Of a DNA stretch of 64,000 nucleotides, positions 29,582 through 39,977 are shown in pieces. Below the pieces are notes generated by a model, which saw only the letters and a program-made list of their open reading frames with translations, made no database searches and had not been told where the DNA came from. The stretch lies in IMG/VR virus record IMGVR_UViG_3300021255_001403. One strand, given 5' to 3'. The position numbers and the translations under genes were made by a program. Source of the stretch: an uncultured virus (IMG/VR IMGVR_UViG_3300021255_001403). Lineage: Duplodnaviria; Heunggongvirae; Uroviricota; Caudoviricetes. The stretch's first letter is position 1, and every line of letters starts with the position of its first letter.

Positions 29582-29629
29582 AAAAAAGATAGCAATAAGA
29601 GCTGGCGCTTCATAGTGCTATCTTTTTTT
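29582..29629 (+). terminator. Terminator element, copy 1 (shared with 33928..33976)
   Basis: AAAAAAGATAGCA...GCTGGCGCT..ATAGTGCTATCTTTTTTT. Confidence 0.75.
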
Positions 29630-29739
29630 GCTTTTTAAACTTATTTTTGATTATATATTATATTAGTGAATAAGAGTAAATAATACTCTTATAAAAGAAT
29701 TTCATTTAGTCTTTTTTTAAAGAAAAGGAGAGGATAACT

Positions 29740-30018
29740 ATGTTTGGTAACAACACTCAGGCTCAAGTTCAGGTTCCCCAGCAGCAGCAGGCAGCACAAC
29801 CCGCTTATGTCCAGATTGATAAACACGGAAACGTGTATATCGTTGAGAAGCAGACCTTTACGGATGCTTTGAAAACCGGTGCGGCTACAGGTCTCGCTGT
29901 TGGTGGTACCATGATCGCAGCTACGGCACTTGGACAGGCTCTTGGCGTGTTTGAAAAACCTGGTGTGCAGCAGGCAGTCGAAAAGTTTGGTGATTACGTC
30001 ACTAAAGTTATTCGTTAA
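29740..30018 (+). CDS. Small early Gln-rich membrane protein
   Basis: Early-type promoter 29651-29669; SD AAGGAGAGG; GAATGLAVGGTMIAATALG. Confidence 0.7.
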   Translation: MFGNNTQAQVQVPQQQQAAQPAYVQIDKHGNVYIVEKQTFTDALKTGAATGLAVGGTMIAATALGQALGVFEKPGVQQAVEKFGDYVTKVIR

Positions 30019-30104
30019 CTTCCTGCGATACCAAGAAAAGAAGGCCTCCCACCGGCCTTCTTTTTTTATCTTCTTCTTCACATTTTATTAAGAGGTGATG
30101 TAAA

Positions 30105-31100
30105 ATGTTTTCTCCTGAAATATTGTTGAAAAATAAGAAAATAGATATTAAACCAAAAGCACTTAATTATGATATCGACTCTCTTTATACTAATATGATT
30201 AGAGATCTATCTAGTAGTATAATTAATAGTCATAAATCCTTTATTAACTCACAGAAATCTTTTTTTAAGTCTTTAACTAAAGATATACTAAATACTGCTA
30301 CTAAAGGTGCAGATACTGCTATAGATATTATAGTATCTTCTAAAAATAAAACTTATGGAGAAGGTATAGGAAATTCTATAAATAAAGGATTAGACTCTTT
30401 TGTGAGTTATATATTCAAGCACAATTGCGATACCTTATCACAAGTAAAATTTATAAACTCTGCTATAAAACACTATCCCCAATTAAAGTATAATACCTAT
30501 ACAATGGAGGCTATAAAATTTGAATCAGATTTCTTTTTAACTGATAAAGAGTTTCATTCTGTATTTATGAAATTCTATCTTGATCATAGATTTGTTAAAG
30601 AATTTGATTTCCCAGATTTAACCCATTCATTCGATAAAAGACTATATGATGCTTTAGAATTAGAAAAATTCATATTTGGTACATTAAAGACTTTCTCTAA
30701 AGAAAGACAATACTCTGTATCTGAAATTATGGATATATTCGATAAATATAGAGTACGTATAAAAGAGTACTTTGGTGAATATAAATCTGAAATACAATAC
30801 TTAAAGAATACTATGCATCATGATATAGAAAAGGTTAAAAGAGATTATGCCGATTATGTGGAAGATATAAATAATGATAAATATATGACCCAAGCAGATA
30901 AAGATAGATTAATCAAAATAGCCACTTCTAGCCTAAAAATGTATTCCGATTTAATTATAAATATTATAAATACTGCTACTATTGCTTATAGAACACAATA
31001 CAAAATTGCTGTAGATTCATTGAAGAAAATATGTTTTGTAATCAATATGGCTTATGATGATATTTATGACCAAGTGAAAGGAATGAGTGCAGTATCATGA
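30105..31100 (+). CDS. Hypothetical late protein
   Basis: Late-type promoter at 30079; SD GAGGTGA. Confidence 0.7.
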   Translation: MFSPEILLKNKKIDIKPKALNYDIDSLYTNMIRDLSSSIINSHKSFINSQKSFFKSLTKDILNTATKGADTAIDIIVSSKNKTYGEGIGNSINKGLDSFVSYIFKHNCDTLSQVKFINSAIKHYPQLKYNTYTMEAIKFESDFFLTDKEFHSVFMKFYLDHRFVKEFDFPDLTHSFDKRLYDALELEKFIFGTLKTFSKERQYSVSEIMDIFDKYRVRIKEYFGEYKSEIQYLKNTMHHDIEKVKRDYADYVEDINNDKYMTQADKDRLIKIATSSLKMYSDLIINIINTATIAYRTQYKIAVDSLKKICFVINMAYDDIYDQVKGMSAVS

Positions 31101-31369
31101 GTTACTTAAAATACAACTCTTCTTTATTAGAGAGTAAATTGAAATCTAAACAACGCAATGAATTAGATGATTCAGAATTTGGTATTCCATCTCAAAGAAG
31201 ATTTCCTTTAAATGATGAAGCTCATGTAAGAGCTGCAATAAGAATGTTTAATCATGTAGATAAAGAGCATGAAGCAGAACTAGCTAGGAATATAATAAGA
31301 AAGATGAAAGAGTATAATATTCCCAATGATGTGGTAGGTGAAAATAATAGACTAAAAAATTACTTATAA
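31097..31369 (+). CDS. DUF6582-like protein with LLES leader
   Basis: RNELDDSEFGIPSQRRFPLNDEAHVRAAIRMF resembles the DUF6582 pattern as recalled. Confidence 0.6.
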   Translation: MSYLKYNSSLLESKLKSKQRNELDDSEFGIPSQRRFPLNDEAHVRAAIRMFNHVDKEHEAELARNIIRKMKEYNIPNDVVGENNRLKNYL

Positions 31370-31383
31370 GGAGAAATCGAGTT

Positions 31384-32217
31384 ATGAGCTATTTAAACGT
31401 AAAGCCCAGTAGCAAATCAGACGAAAGCGTAGAATTAGCGAAATATATAATTTCCAAATTCCAGGATGCAGGGCTTGTGCCTAAAAAAAAGTCTGCTGCT
31501 GGGGGTTTAACTAAAGAGCAAATTGCCGCATTAATGAATTTGACTAAAGTTATAGGTATAGTAATACTTAAAGTCACTTTAGCACTTTGGATATCTAAAT
31601 TTACTTTCTCTAATCTTAAAAAGATTGCTATTAGAGAGATAACTAAAAATCAGAAGAATAAGGAATTAAGTGAATATCTTAAGAAAGAAATAAAGAAAGT
31701 ATATCATGAGCATCCTGGATATACTAACTGTACTTTAGAACAATTTGAAAAGACTTCAGTATTTTCTTATATGACTGCTGAATTTAGAGATAAGACTACA
31801 TTAGAGAAAGCTGAACGTTTAACAGACTTTGCAGTTAAATCATTGATAGATGTAGCATCAGGTAAGTTATTACCTATACCATTTGCTATGATATGGTTTG
31901 GTCCTCTTATTCGAGTATTCCTTACTTATACAGGATTGAATATGGGTATATCGTCTGTATATACCATGTGTGTAAAGTTTGGTAATCAAACTCTCCAAGT
32001 AGGTGTAGATGTAAAACCATTGAGTTTTGTATTACGCAATATATGGGTATACTCATTTAATAAAGATGGAGAATTAGTAGCTACTAGAATACAAGATCCT
32101 CCTTATTCTATCTATAAGATTACTAAGAAAGATATAGATGAGATGATAGATAAGTACGGATTGGATGATGATTTGACTAAATTAAAACGAGAGGTGGTAG
32201 GTCAAAGTGAGGATTAA
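31384..32217 (+). CDS. Hypothetical late protein with hydrophobic segments
   Basis: SD AAGGAG. Confidence 0.65.
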   Translation: MSYLNVKPSSKSDESVELAKYIISKFQDAGLVPKKKSAAGGLTKEQIAALMNLTKVIGIVILKVTLALWISKFTFSNLKKIAIREITKNQKNKELSEYLKKEIKKVYHEHPGYTNCTLEQFEKTSVFSYMTAEFRDKTTLEKAERLTDFAVKSLIDVASGKLLPIPFAMIWFGPLIRVFLTYTGLNMGISSVYTMCVKFGNQTLQVGVDVKPLSFVLRNIWVYSFNKDGELVATRIQDPPYSIYKITKKDIDEMIDKYGLDDDLTKLKREVVGQSED

Positions 32218-33358
32218 AGAAGATAATAATTACTTTGATGATATCACTTTAGGGATAGAGTCTTATACAAGAACTGCTATATCAGTAATAAATGAAGAGT
32301 TTAAAGAGTGGTTAAAATCAGAAGGATTATTTCTAGAAAAAGGTCCTATTAAGAAGAAAGATTCTGGTATGTCTGCTGGTAGTTATGATAAATGGGTATT
32401 GGAGACTATTAGTAATCTTAAGTCTAATTATAATAGATTCGATAGGCATATAAGAACTCAAGTATCACAAGACCAAGCATGGTTAAAGAAATATAGTAAA
32501 CTTATTACTGATAATGGTAGATTCCCAGTAAGTCCTAAATTATGTTTAAAATCTGCTCCTAATTATTTTTTAGCATTTAGAAGAATTACTATGAATATTG
32601 GTAGTAAGTTGGCTGGTATAGATCTTAATAAAATAGATCCCAGTAATGCACCTGAAGCTAATATGTGGCTGAAGAAATACTTAATCCCTGATTATCCAGG
32701 TAAAGTAGAATTTCCTGAGTATTGTAAAGCATACTTTTATGGCAAAGATAAACAGATGGATTATAGTGTAGAAGAGATGACTCAATTAGTACAAGTAGCA
32801 TTTATGTATTGTAGTCAATTCTTAGGTAAGACTGTATCAGTAAGAAATGATATAAATACTTTCGTAGCATTTATAAATAAATCTATAGATGGGGTAGTGA
32901 AGAATACCACAAACACAATGGTAAATAGTCTCCAGAATAATAAGCAAGGTCAACAAGCTACTGTAGGTGCTAATCAAATGGCATCTACTAATCCTATGGC
33001 TAATGTTATGGGTCAACATCAACAACAGCAAGTAAACGCTGATACTAATATGCTATTATTCTATGCAGATTATTTACCAGAGTTTTTAAATGAAGAAGAC
33101 CAACAAAATGTAGCTAATACTGTAGCACAAGCTAATGGAAATAATATAGAAAGTAAAGTACAACAAAGTGCTACAAGTTTATTCTATAAACGTAAACAAG
33201 CTGCAGTAGAAGTAATACGAGATTGTATTAATGCTCGTAATACGGTTATAAGTCTTATGTATAGAGACTTTATATATGTATTAAGAAACCATGTAGCAAT
33301 GCATAAAGGGCAAGCTGCTGGTAATGCTGGTCAACAACAACAAGGAGGGCAACAGTAA
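32207..33358 (+). CDS. Probable virion protein, Gln-rich
   Basis: SD GAGGTGG, GTG start; IKED, INEE, LNEE motifs. Confidence 0.65.
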   Translation: MRIKEDNNYFDDITLGIESYTRTAISVINEEFKEWLKSEGLFLEKGPIKKKDSGMSAGSYDKWVLETISNLKSNYNRFDRHIRTQVSQDQAWLKKYSKLITDNGRFPVSPKLCLKSAPNYFLAFRRITMNIGSKLAGIDLNKIDPSNAPEANMWLKKYLIPDYPGKVEFPEYCKAYFYGKDKQMDYSVEEMTQLVQVAFMYCSQFLGKTVSVRNDINTFVAFINKSIDGVVKNTTNTMVNSLQNNKQGQQATVGANQMASTNPMANVMGQHQQQQVNADTNMLLFYADYLPEFLNEEDQQNVANTVAQANGNNIESKVQQSATSLFYKRKQAAVEVIRDCINARNTVISLMYRDFIYVLRNHVAMHKGQAAGNAGQQQQGGQQ

Positions 33359-33451
33359 TGAATATCATTAAAATAGATATCTAAAACAACAATAGTGTAG
33401 AACGGCATATGCCGTTCTACATGAAATTTGTGTAAATATGTAATATTTTGA

Positions 33452-33470
33452 TTATATATTATAATAGTGA
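33452..33470 (+). promoter_or_regulatory. Early-type promoter TTATATATTATA-ATA-GTGA
   Basis: Recurrent motif. Confidence 0.7.
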
Positions 33471-33545
33471 TAATAAGGTTGTGATACCGAGGTGAGTGTC
33501 ACGTAAAATAATGACCCTTGTATCAAGACTTAGGAGGTCTTTATT

Positions 33546-33920
33546 ATGTTGTACATCGCTAATGCATTTTCCTTTAACATGTTCGAAAATGTACCTGAGG
33601 TTCTGGTACAGAGAGAGCTGGACGTCGATGGAGTAAAAGAACTTTTGAGACATGAGTTGGCTTTCGAATCGGTTGTAGGCCATGCTGACACTGCGTCTAT
33701 TTTAACAAACATGTTGGATACCGAAATCAAATTCAATCGGGTCTCCAATAACTTCGGTTACGGAGACCAGATTTTGGTGGCCCAGTACATTGGTCCGAGA
33801 CTCCCTGAAGGAGCCGTTTCCCTCCCAGAGGGAAGCAAGATAAAGTTCATTCTCGTAACTCCGAAACGGAAGGATGATATCGGCTGCTGGCATTGCGGTC
33901 CGACTACCATACTCTGGTAA
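33546..33920 (+). CDS. acrIII-1: DUF1874 / STIV B116-like protein = AcrIII-1 family viral ring nuclease (anti type III CRISPR)
   Basis: LYIANAFSFNM, SVVGHADTA (catalytic GH), NRV, GDQILVAQYIGPRLPEG, all hallmark DUF1874 motifs. Confidence 0.85.
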   Translation: MLYIANAFSFNMFENVPEVLVQRELDVDGVKELLRHELAFESVVGHADTASILTNMLDTEIKFNRVSNNFGYGDQILVAQYIGPRLPEGAVSLPEGSKIKFILVTPKRKDDIGCWHCGPTTILW

Positions 33921-33927
33921 CAAAAAC

Positions 33928-33976
33928 AAAAAAGATAGCAAAACAGGCTGGCGCTCTATAGTGCTATCTTTTTTTT
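33928..33976 (+). terminator. Terminator element, copy 2
   Basis: AAAAAAGATAGCA...GCTGGCGCT..ATAGTGCTATCTTTTTTTT. Confidence 0.75.
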
Positions 33977-34029
33977 GTTATTAAATCCACTTTAAATTAT
34001 ATATTATAATAGTGAAAGGAGAGATAGAT

Positions 34030-34437
34030 ATGAATATTAAAGATAGAATAAGAATCTTTGATTATGTAAAAAAGACGATCTCTAATAATACTAAATCCAG
34101 GTTGTTTATCGAACTAGATATCCCATGCAGTAAGGATAGTGATGCTTATGGGTGTTTTATGTTTGATATTAAACTGGAAATCATTGATGCAGGATATTAT
34201 CTAATTATTATCAATCCCGCAGGTGCTAGCGATACTAGTCATACTGTAGTACATTTATTCTTATTTTCTAATCCAGAAGATAAGATAGCGTTCCAAGATG
34301 CTGCATTAAATTTACATAAGGAGGTTGATAAGAAAGTGCTTGATATGTTTAATAGTGGTGGTATATCAATTCACTATAAAGAAGTCGAAAATGATATCGA
34401 AGATACAGCCAATAGGTTATTGAATATGGTGAACTGA
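34030..34437 (+). CDS. Early hypothetical protein, tandem duplicate copy 1
   Basis: Early-type promoter 33997; MNIKDRIRIFDYVKK shared with next gene. Confidence 0.75.
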   Translation: MNIKDRIRIFDYVKKTISNNTKSRLFIELDIPCSKDSDAYGCFMFDIKLEIIDAGYYLIIINPAGASDTSHTVVHLFLFSNPEDKIAFQDAALNLHKEVDKKVLDMFNSGGISIHYKEVENDIEDTANRLLNMVN

Positions 34438-34457
34438 AAATTTAAGGAGGGATAAAT

Positions 34458-34871
34458 ATGAATATTAAAGATAGAATAAGGATTTTCGATTATGTGAAAA
34501 AGAAAGTCTCTAATAATACCAAAGATAGGTTACTTATCGAACTAAATATCCCATGTAGTATAAATAGTGACGACTGTGGGTCTCTGATAGATGGTATTAG
34601 TCTGGAGATTATTAATATGGGTTATGATTTTATTTTCATTAATAACCCAGAAGGCGCTAGTAATAGTACAGCAGTACATTTATTTGTATTCTCTAGTTCA
34701 GAAGACAAGAAAAAATTTCAAGAGTCTGCATTGAAATTACATAAGGAAGTTGATAAGAAGATACTTGATATATTTAATAGTGGTACATCAGTTCCCTATG
34801 AACAACTTGAAGAGGATGTTAAAGATATACAATTGACATATGAATGCAATGCTAAAGATCTAAAGATTTAA
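34458..34871 (+). CDS. Early hypothetical protein, tandem duplicate copy 2
   Basis: Paralog of 34030..34437. Confidence 0.75.
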   Translation: MNIKDRIRIFDYVKKKVSNNTKDRLLIELNIPCSINSDDCGSLIDGISLEIINMGYDFIFINNPEGASNSTAVHLFVFSSSEDKKKFQESALKLHKEVDKKILDIFNSGTSVPYEQLEEDVKDIQLTYECNAKDLKI

Positions 34872-34883
34872 GGAGAGGATATT

Positions 34884-35282
34884 ATGGATAATGAAAAAGA
34901 TTTTAGATGGAATAAAGTCTATACATTTATAGGAAATGATCCTAATGAATTAGATCTTGCAATAATACATAAAGAATGTGGTAAAGGAGTGATAATAGGT
35001 AAATTAAAAACTGAAGTTATTATAGTCGATATAGAATTAATCAATGCTTATAACGGGGACGAAGTAACAGTACTCAATTATAAGAATTTTCCCAATACCG
35101 ATGAAGCATATGATAAAATGCTTCGATGGATAGGAAAGATGACTAAGAAATCTATATTCTCTAGATATTTTAATAAGTATGATCCATATAATCATGTAAC
35201 TAAAGATAATATGGAAAACGTTTCTAATCTTATAAGTAAAATAAAAGAAGCTGTAGATAAATTAGTAAATAAAATGCCATGA
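34884..35282 (+). CDS. Hypothetical protein
   Basis: SD AAGGAGAGG. Confidence 0.7.
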   Translation: MDNEKDFRWNKVYTFIGNDPNELDLAIIHKECGKGVIIGKLKTEVIIVDIELINAYNGDEVTVLNYKNFPNTDEAYDKMLRWIGKMTKKSIFSRYFNKYDPYNHVTKDNMENVSNLISKIKEAVDKLVNKMP

Positions 35283-35344
35283 ATAAGTTTATAAAATGAA
35301 ATATATACTATAGGAGTGATAAATAAAAGAAAGGAGGTGTCATA

Positions 35345-35437
35345 ATGATATCTCATTTCAATCCATTAGAGTTGATATTCGATATCGCCATCAGTCTTAT
35401 CTGGGCAAAAGCTGAAGATAAGATTAATGAAGATTAA
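35345..35437 (+). CDS. 30-aa early hydrophobic peptide MISHFNPLELIFDIAISLIWAKAEDKINED
   Basis: Early-type promoter 35301, SD AAGGAGGTG, terminator 35452-35483. Confidence 0.65.
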   Translation: MISHFNPLELIFDIAISLIWAKAEDKINED

Positions 35438-35519
35438 ATATCAATTCTTTAATACAGCCTGTTAATCCAGGCTGTATTTTTTTGTCCGGAAACACTATAT
35501 TAAAGGGGTGAGTTAGTAT

Positions 35520-36617
35520 ATGAAAACTTATAATTGTCCTTATTGTAATAAAAAGCTTATTAGAGATAAGCTTGTTAAGCATATAGAGAAAGAGCATGAT
35601 TATGAACTTCCATTAGATTATACAGCATATCGTTTGGTATATGATATTGTAAATAATAAACAAGGCCATGGTTCTTGCCAAATATGTGGTAAAGATACAC
35701 AATGGAATGAGAAACGTCAGAAATATAACCGTCTTTGTGGAGATCCTAAATGCTATGAAGAAGTAAAACGTATACACCATGAACGTATGTTAAGGGTATA
35801 CAATAAAGTACATCTTTTAGATGATCCTAAACAACAAGAAAAAATGCTAGCACATAGAAGAATAGCAGGAGAATATAAGTGGAGTGATGGTACTAAGTTT
35901 ACTTATATGGGGTCGTTTGAGAAGAATCTCTTAAAGTTTATGGATAAAACTTTAGAGTTTAAATCTAATGAGATTATTGCTCCTGGTCCTACATTGGAAT
36001 ATGTATTCCAAGGAAAGACTCATCATTGGATAACAGACTTTTTAATCATTCCCTATAATCTTATCATAGAAGTAAAAGATGGTGGGGATAATCCTAATAA
36101 GAGAGAAATGCCTATATATAGAGCAAAGCAGATAGAAAAAGAAAAGATGATTACTAATCAAGGTACTTATAATTATCTTAGACTAACTAATAACAACTTT
36201 GCTCAGTTATTAGGTGTATTAGCAGAATTGAAGATGAACGTGGTGGATGAAGTGGAAAATAAAATATATCGTATAAATGAAGATGCAAATAAGTCTATAG
36301 TAGGCCATGTAATGATGCATGAATCCAATGCCCTATTAGGAACTGTATTATCTGGTTTAATATTAGAAACCTCTACTATATATAAAATAAAAGATGGCAG
36401 AATTATAGACGATCCTGATGGAGAAGAAGTGTTAGAAGCATATATAATCAAACCACATCTTAAGAATAAACATTATGAAAATAAATTTGTAGATTCAGTG
36501 CAGAAGACTAAAGACTTAGTAAAGAAGTGCCATATGGTAGAGTATTGTACTTTCTTTAATGCTAATCCTGAGAATATAATGGATGGGGTCATAATAGGTG
36601 TAAAAACATCTCTATAA
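35520..36617 (+). CDS. Zinc finger plus TnsA/T4 gp4-like PD-(D/E)XK endonuclease (possible head-completion nuclease)
   Basis: CPYC...H...H, CQIC, YMGSFEK, HHWITDF...IIEVK; late-type promoter at 35491. Confidence 0.65.
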   Translation: MKTYNCPYCNKKLIRDKLVKHIEKEHDYELPLDYTAYRLVYDIVNNKQGHGSCQICGKDTQWNEKRQKYNRLCGDPKCYEEVKRIHHERMLRVYNKVHLLDDPKQQEKMLAHRRIAGEYKWSDGTKFTYMGSFEKNLLKFMDKTLEFKSNEIIAPGPTLEYVFQGKTHHWITDFLIIPYNLIIEVKDGGDNPNKREMPIYRAKQIEKEKMITNQGTYNYLRLTNNNFAQLLGVLAELKMNVVDEVENKIYRINEDANKSIVGHVMMHESNALLGTVLSGLILETSTIYKIKDGRIIDDPDGEEVLEAYIIKPHLKNKHYENKFVDSVQKTKDLVKKCHMVEYCTFFNANPENIMDGVIIGVKTSL

Positions 36618-36664
36618 TGTGTTAATTTATTTTATGAATATATCATATTAAGGAGGATAAAAAT

Positions 36665-37387
36665 ATGTGGATTTATAATGACCCTATGACCACTCCGTTA
36701 GAAGAGGTGGATAATGCAAATATGGGTAAAGCTAAATATATACGTACTGTTGGTAAAGGCGGTGCAGCATTTAACTTTACTTGTATGACTGGTGATAGCC
36801 ATAAATATTTACCGTTTACTATTCGTTCTATTCATCAGTTACTTGATCGTGGTATTCAGTGTTTTGAATTACTCGAAGATGGTACTGAATTAGAACTTAC
36901 TTTAGCTAACTATGCTTCTGATAATGGTGGTAAGGAAGTAGAAGAAACTGAAGTAGTTATTGATAATGATGAGCAGAAGACTATTAAAGAACTTCGTGCG
37001 ATTGCTGCAGCAAACGGTAAGAAACGTTGCAATGCTGCTAATCCTGAAGCAACTACTCGTAATATCAAAGATTTAGTTATTGATGTAGTATCTGCTACTG
37101 TAGAAGAGCTTACTGAGTTTGAAGATATTACTGAGATTCCTAAAGTAGCTCATGCTATATTTGAAGTAGGTCCTAATAAAGACGTAGCTATTACTTGGGA
37201 TGATTCTGCTTATGATAATACTAAAGTTGGCACTTATACAGTAACTGCAACTGTAGATACTGCTAAACTTCCGTCTAATGTTACTGATACTGATGTAGTA
37301 ACTGTAGACTTTACAATTACTGTAGTAGAAGCTCCTGAGGTTGAAACTGGAGAAACTGGTGGTGGAACAGTTAATCCTACTATTTGA
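36665..37387 (+). CDS. Virion surface protein with C-terminal Ig-like domain
   Basis: VAITWDDSAYDNTKVGTYTVTATV...FTITV bacterial Ig-like pattern; late-type promoter at 36605. Confidence 0.65.
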   Translation: MWIYNDPMTTPLEEVDNANMGKAKYIRTVGKGGAAFNFTCMTGDSHKYLPFTIRSIHQLLDRGIQCFELLEDGTELELTLANYASDNGGKEVEETEVVIDNDEQKTIKELRAIAAANGKKRCNAANPEATTRNIKDLVIDVVSATVEELTEFEDITEIPKVAHAIFEVGPNKDVAITWDDSAYDNTKVGTYTVTATVDTAKLPSNVTDTDVVTVDFTITVVEAPEVETGETGGGTVNPTI

Positions 37388-37499
37388 TAGTGAATAAGAA
37401 TTGTAATCTTAAATACAAATATACCGTAGGCTATTATGCCTACGGTATATTTTTTTTATCCAAAAACAAACGTGTAAATAGAGAGAGGGTGGTTGTAGT

Positions 37500-39938
37500 A
37501 TGTTAGATTATCATTTTAATATAAGTGGTAAAGTATTATTGAATGGTAAAACTGTTGATATAAGACCAGAGAATATAACTGACCTTATTCGTATATACGA
37601 TTTTAATAACAGATTAATGCCTATGAATCTTATACGTTTATCACTTGATAAAAACACTTTAGATGAAATTTATAAGAATGCTAAGACTTGTACTATACAA
37701 CTTCGTATAGGTAAATTTGGTAAAGATAAAAATAAAACTACAACAGCTTATCCAGCTGATGCTACTTATATAGATGCTGAGTATAGTGTAGTAGTAGGTA
37801 GTGATATAAATTATAATAAAGAACTAGATGAAATAGCTAATTCAGGTTCTGGTATACCTATGAGAGATAAACTTAAAGAAACTTATCTAGGATTGGTTAG
37901 TAAAGATTGTATAGATGCTAATAAGATAGTAGAAAACTCTAATATATTAACTACTACTATGCAAAATATAGTATTATCATCTCTTAAACATACACATCTT
38001 TTAATAGAACCTTTTGATTATAATGATATTGAAGACCAGTTGATTATTCCTCCTAATGATACTTGTGCATCATTAATAAAGTACTTAAATTCTGTGAAAG
38101 TTTTCTATGATACGAAATATATGCTATTCTTTGATGAACCTAATGTAACTTATCTCTTATCTAGAAGTGGTAGAGGTGTACCAATGATAGGAGAAGATTT
38201 TAATGATGTAATATTCCAGATACGTCCTATAACTGATAGTAAGTCTATGAATATAGGAATGGAAAAGAATTGGCAGCAACAGGCATATGTAGCAGATATT
38301 TCTGTAATGGATTCCGTATATAATATAGACCATGATACTGCTAAAGTAATAAATAATATAGAGACTATAATAGCACCATCATTTGATAACTCCCCATTCC
38401 AATTAGAAGAAGTAAGGAAAATGCAAACTGAAATTAATAATGTAGTTAATTCATTTGCTAGTCAGATAGGAAAGTATGATAAAGCTGTAGGCAATATATC
38501 AGAACGTATAAATAGTGCTATGGATGGTATTACCGAACAGATTAATGGTGTATTAAAACCTCTTACTAATTTCCAAAATGACTTAATTGGTGCGGCTATG
38601 AGGCAAGCAGGAGCTATACCTACATCTGTAGGTGTAGAAGTTACAGATGAACTTACTGTAAATATAGATATTATAGGAAGTGGTATTAAATCTGCAGCTA
38701 ATACTGTTATGAAATCTGCATTTAGTGGAGCATTTGACGGATTAAATATAGGATTGAATGCTAGAGAACTAATGTCTCAGAATGCTATGAATTTCGCTCC
38801 AGATATGTATAAACTACACTTCTTAGATAATAAGACTAGTTGTTGCTCGTTTATTAATTGTAGTGAAGTAATGAATAAGACTGTTAAGAATATGGGAGGA
38901 TTAACTAGTGGATTCTCTAATATGCTTAGTGGATTTACGTCTCAAATTAATAATACATTAAGCTCATTCTCTAGTGTAGTAAGTAATGTATCTTCTATAG
39001 TAAACCAAGGCCAAAATCTTCATCAAATGCTAGAAATGGTAAGATCTAATCCCTATTATGGTTTATTACAAGACCAATATGGTGATGTAGATGATACTAT
39101 GACTATGATGAGTACTAATATAGCTAAAATGGGTCAGGCATTATCTATGTCGAGCGCTGCTATATCTACATGTAATAGTTATATGAATAAGTATACTGAA
39201 GCTGTAAATGATTTACAGAAGTTTGCTAAAATGGCTACATCTTTCTCTGGTGGATTAAACTCTGCTGGTAAGATAGATGTAAAATCTAAATTCATGTCTA
39301 CTTATGACTCTACTCGCATATTTGGTTCTTCTGGTACTAGTATATCTAATGATATGGGAGCATTATCTAATCTTATAGCTCAATCTATTACTAGTATTAA
39401 AGGATTAAAGAATATAAACCTTGCTAGCTTTGGTACTAAATCTAAATCAGGTAGACTTACATATTCAGATTTACTTACTTTATCCTCTAATATATTCTCC
39501 AAAGATATACGTAATATAGGCCAATTAGGTATATCTAAGTTTACAGTAGATCTTAATGTAGGCGGAGGTATAATGGGTAAAAATAAAGCTGTAGGTACTC
39601 TTATACTCAAAACTCGTAATGATAATCCTAATGAAGTAAAGAATGCTAAATCTGAATTAGAATTAAGAGTAAATCAGTTATGTATAAATAAATTCGGTTT
39701 AGACCCCTCAGTATTTACTCCTAATAAACGATATACGATAAAAAATTATAATGGTCATGGAGAAAAGAATGGTCAATTCTTATTGAATACTAAGATTGAG
39801 ATATATACTAGAGAGGATAATACATTTATCTGCAATACTCAATTATATTTCAATAAGATACCTGAGTCTATTAAGTATAGTACAAGTGCTACTAATATAA
39901 GTACACCCACTACAAATACTGCTAATTCAAAAAAATAA
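37500..39938 (+). CDS. Probable baseplate hub/tail protein with long inserted helical region
   Basis: Late-type promoter at 37465; hub-like N-terminus and C-terminal FTPNKRY...GQFLL; central S/N/M-rich helical segment; tentative. Confidence 0.45.
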   Translation: MLDYHFNISGKVLLNGKTVDIRPENITDLIRIYDFNNRLMPMNLIRLSLDKNTLDEIYKNAKTCTIQLRIGKFGKDKNKTTTAYPADATYIDAEYSVVVGSDINYNKELDEIANSGSGIPMRDKLKETYLGLVSKDCIDANKIVENSNILTTTMQNIVLSSLKHTHLLIEPFDYNDIEDQLIIPPNDTCASLIKYLNSVKVFYDTKYMLFFDEPNVTYLLSRSGRGVPMIGEDFNDVIFQIRPITDSKSMNIGMEKNWQQQAYVADISVMDSVYNIDHDTAKVINNIETIIAPSFDNSPFQLEEVRKMQTEINNVVNSFASQIGKYDKAVGNISERINSAMDGITEQINGVLKPLTNFQNDLIGAAMRQAGAIPTSVGVEVTDELTVNIDIIGSGIKSAANTVMKSAFSGAFDGLNIGLNARELMSQNAMNFAPDMYKLHFLDNKTSCCSFINCSEVMNKTVKNMGGLTSGFSNMLSGFTSQINNTLSSFSSVVSNVSSIVNQGQNLHQMLEMVRSNPYYGLLQDQYGDVDDTMTMMSTNIAKMGQALSMSSAAISTCNSYMNKYTEAVNDLQKFAKMATSFSGGLNSAGKIDVKSKFMSTYDSTRIFGSSGTSISNDMGALSNLIAQSITSIKGLKNINLASFGTKSKSGRLTYSDLLTLSSNIFSKDIRNIGQLGISKFTVDLNVGGGIMGKNKAVGTLILKTRNDNPNEVKNAKSELELRVNQLCINKFGLDPSVFTPNKRYTIKNYNGHGEKNGQFLLNTKIEIYTREDNTFICNTQLYFNKIPESIKYSTSATNISTPTTNTANSKK

Positions 39939-39945
39939 AAAATAA

Positions 39946-39977
39946 CTCCCCTCTAGACTTTACGTCTAGAGGGGAAC
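39946..39977. terminator. Bidirectional terminator
   Basis: TCCCCTCTAGAC/GTCTAGAGGGGA. Confidence 0.8.

Noticed and set aside
35520..36617. Tn7-like transposon or homing element
   Set aside because: No TnsB/TnsC or terminal repeats; late-type promoter and structural context fit a resident phage nuclease
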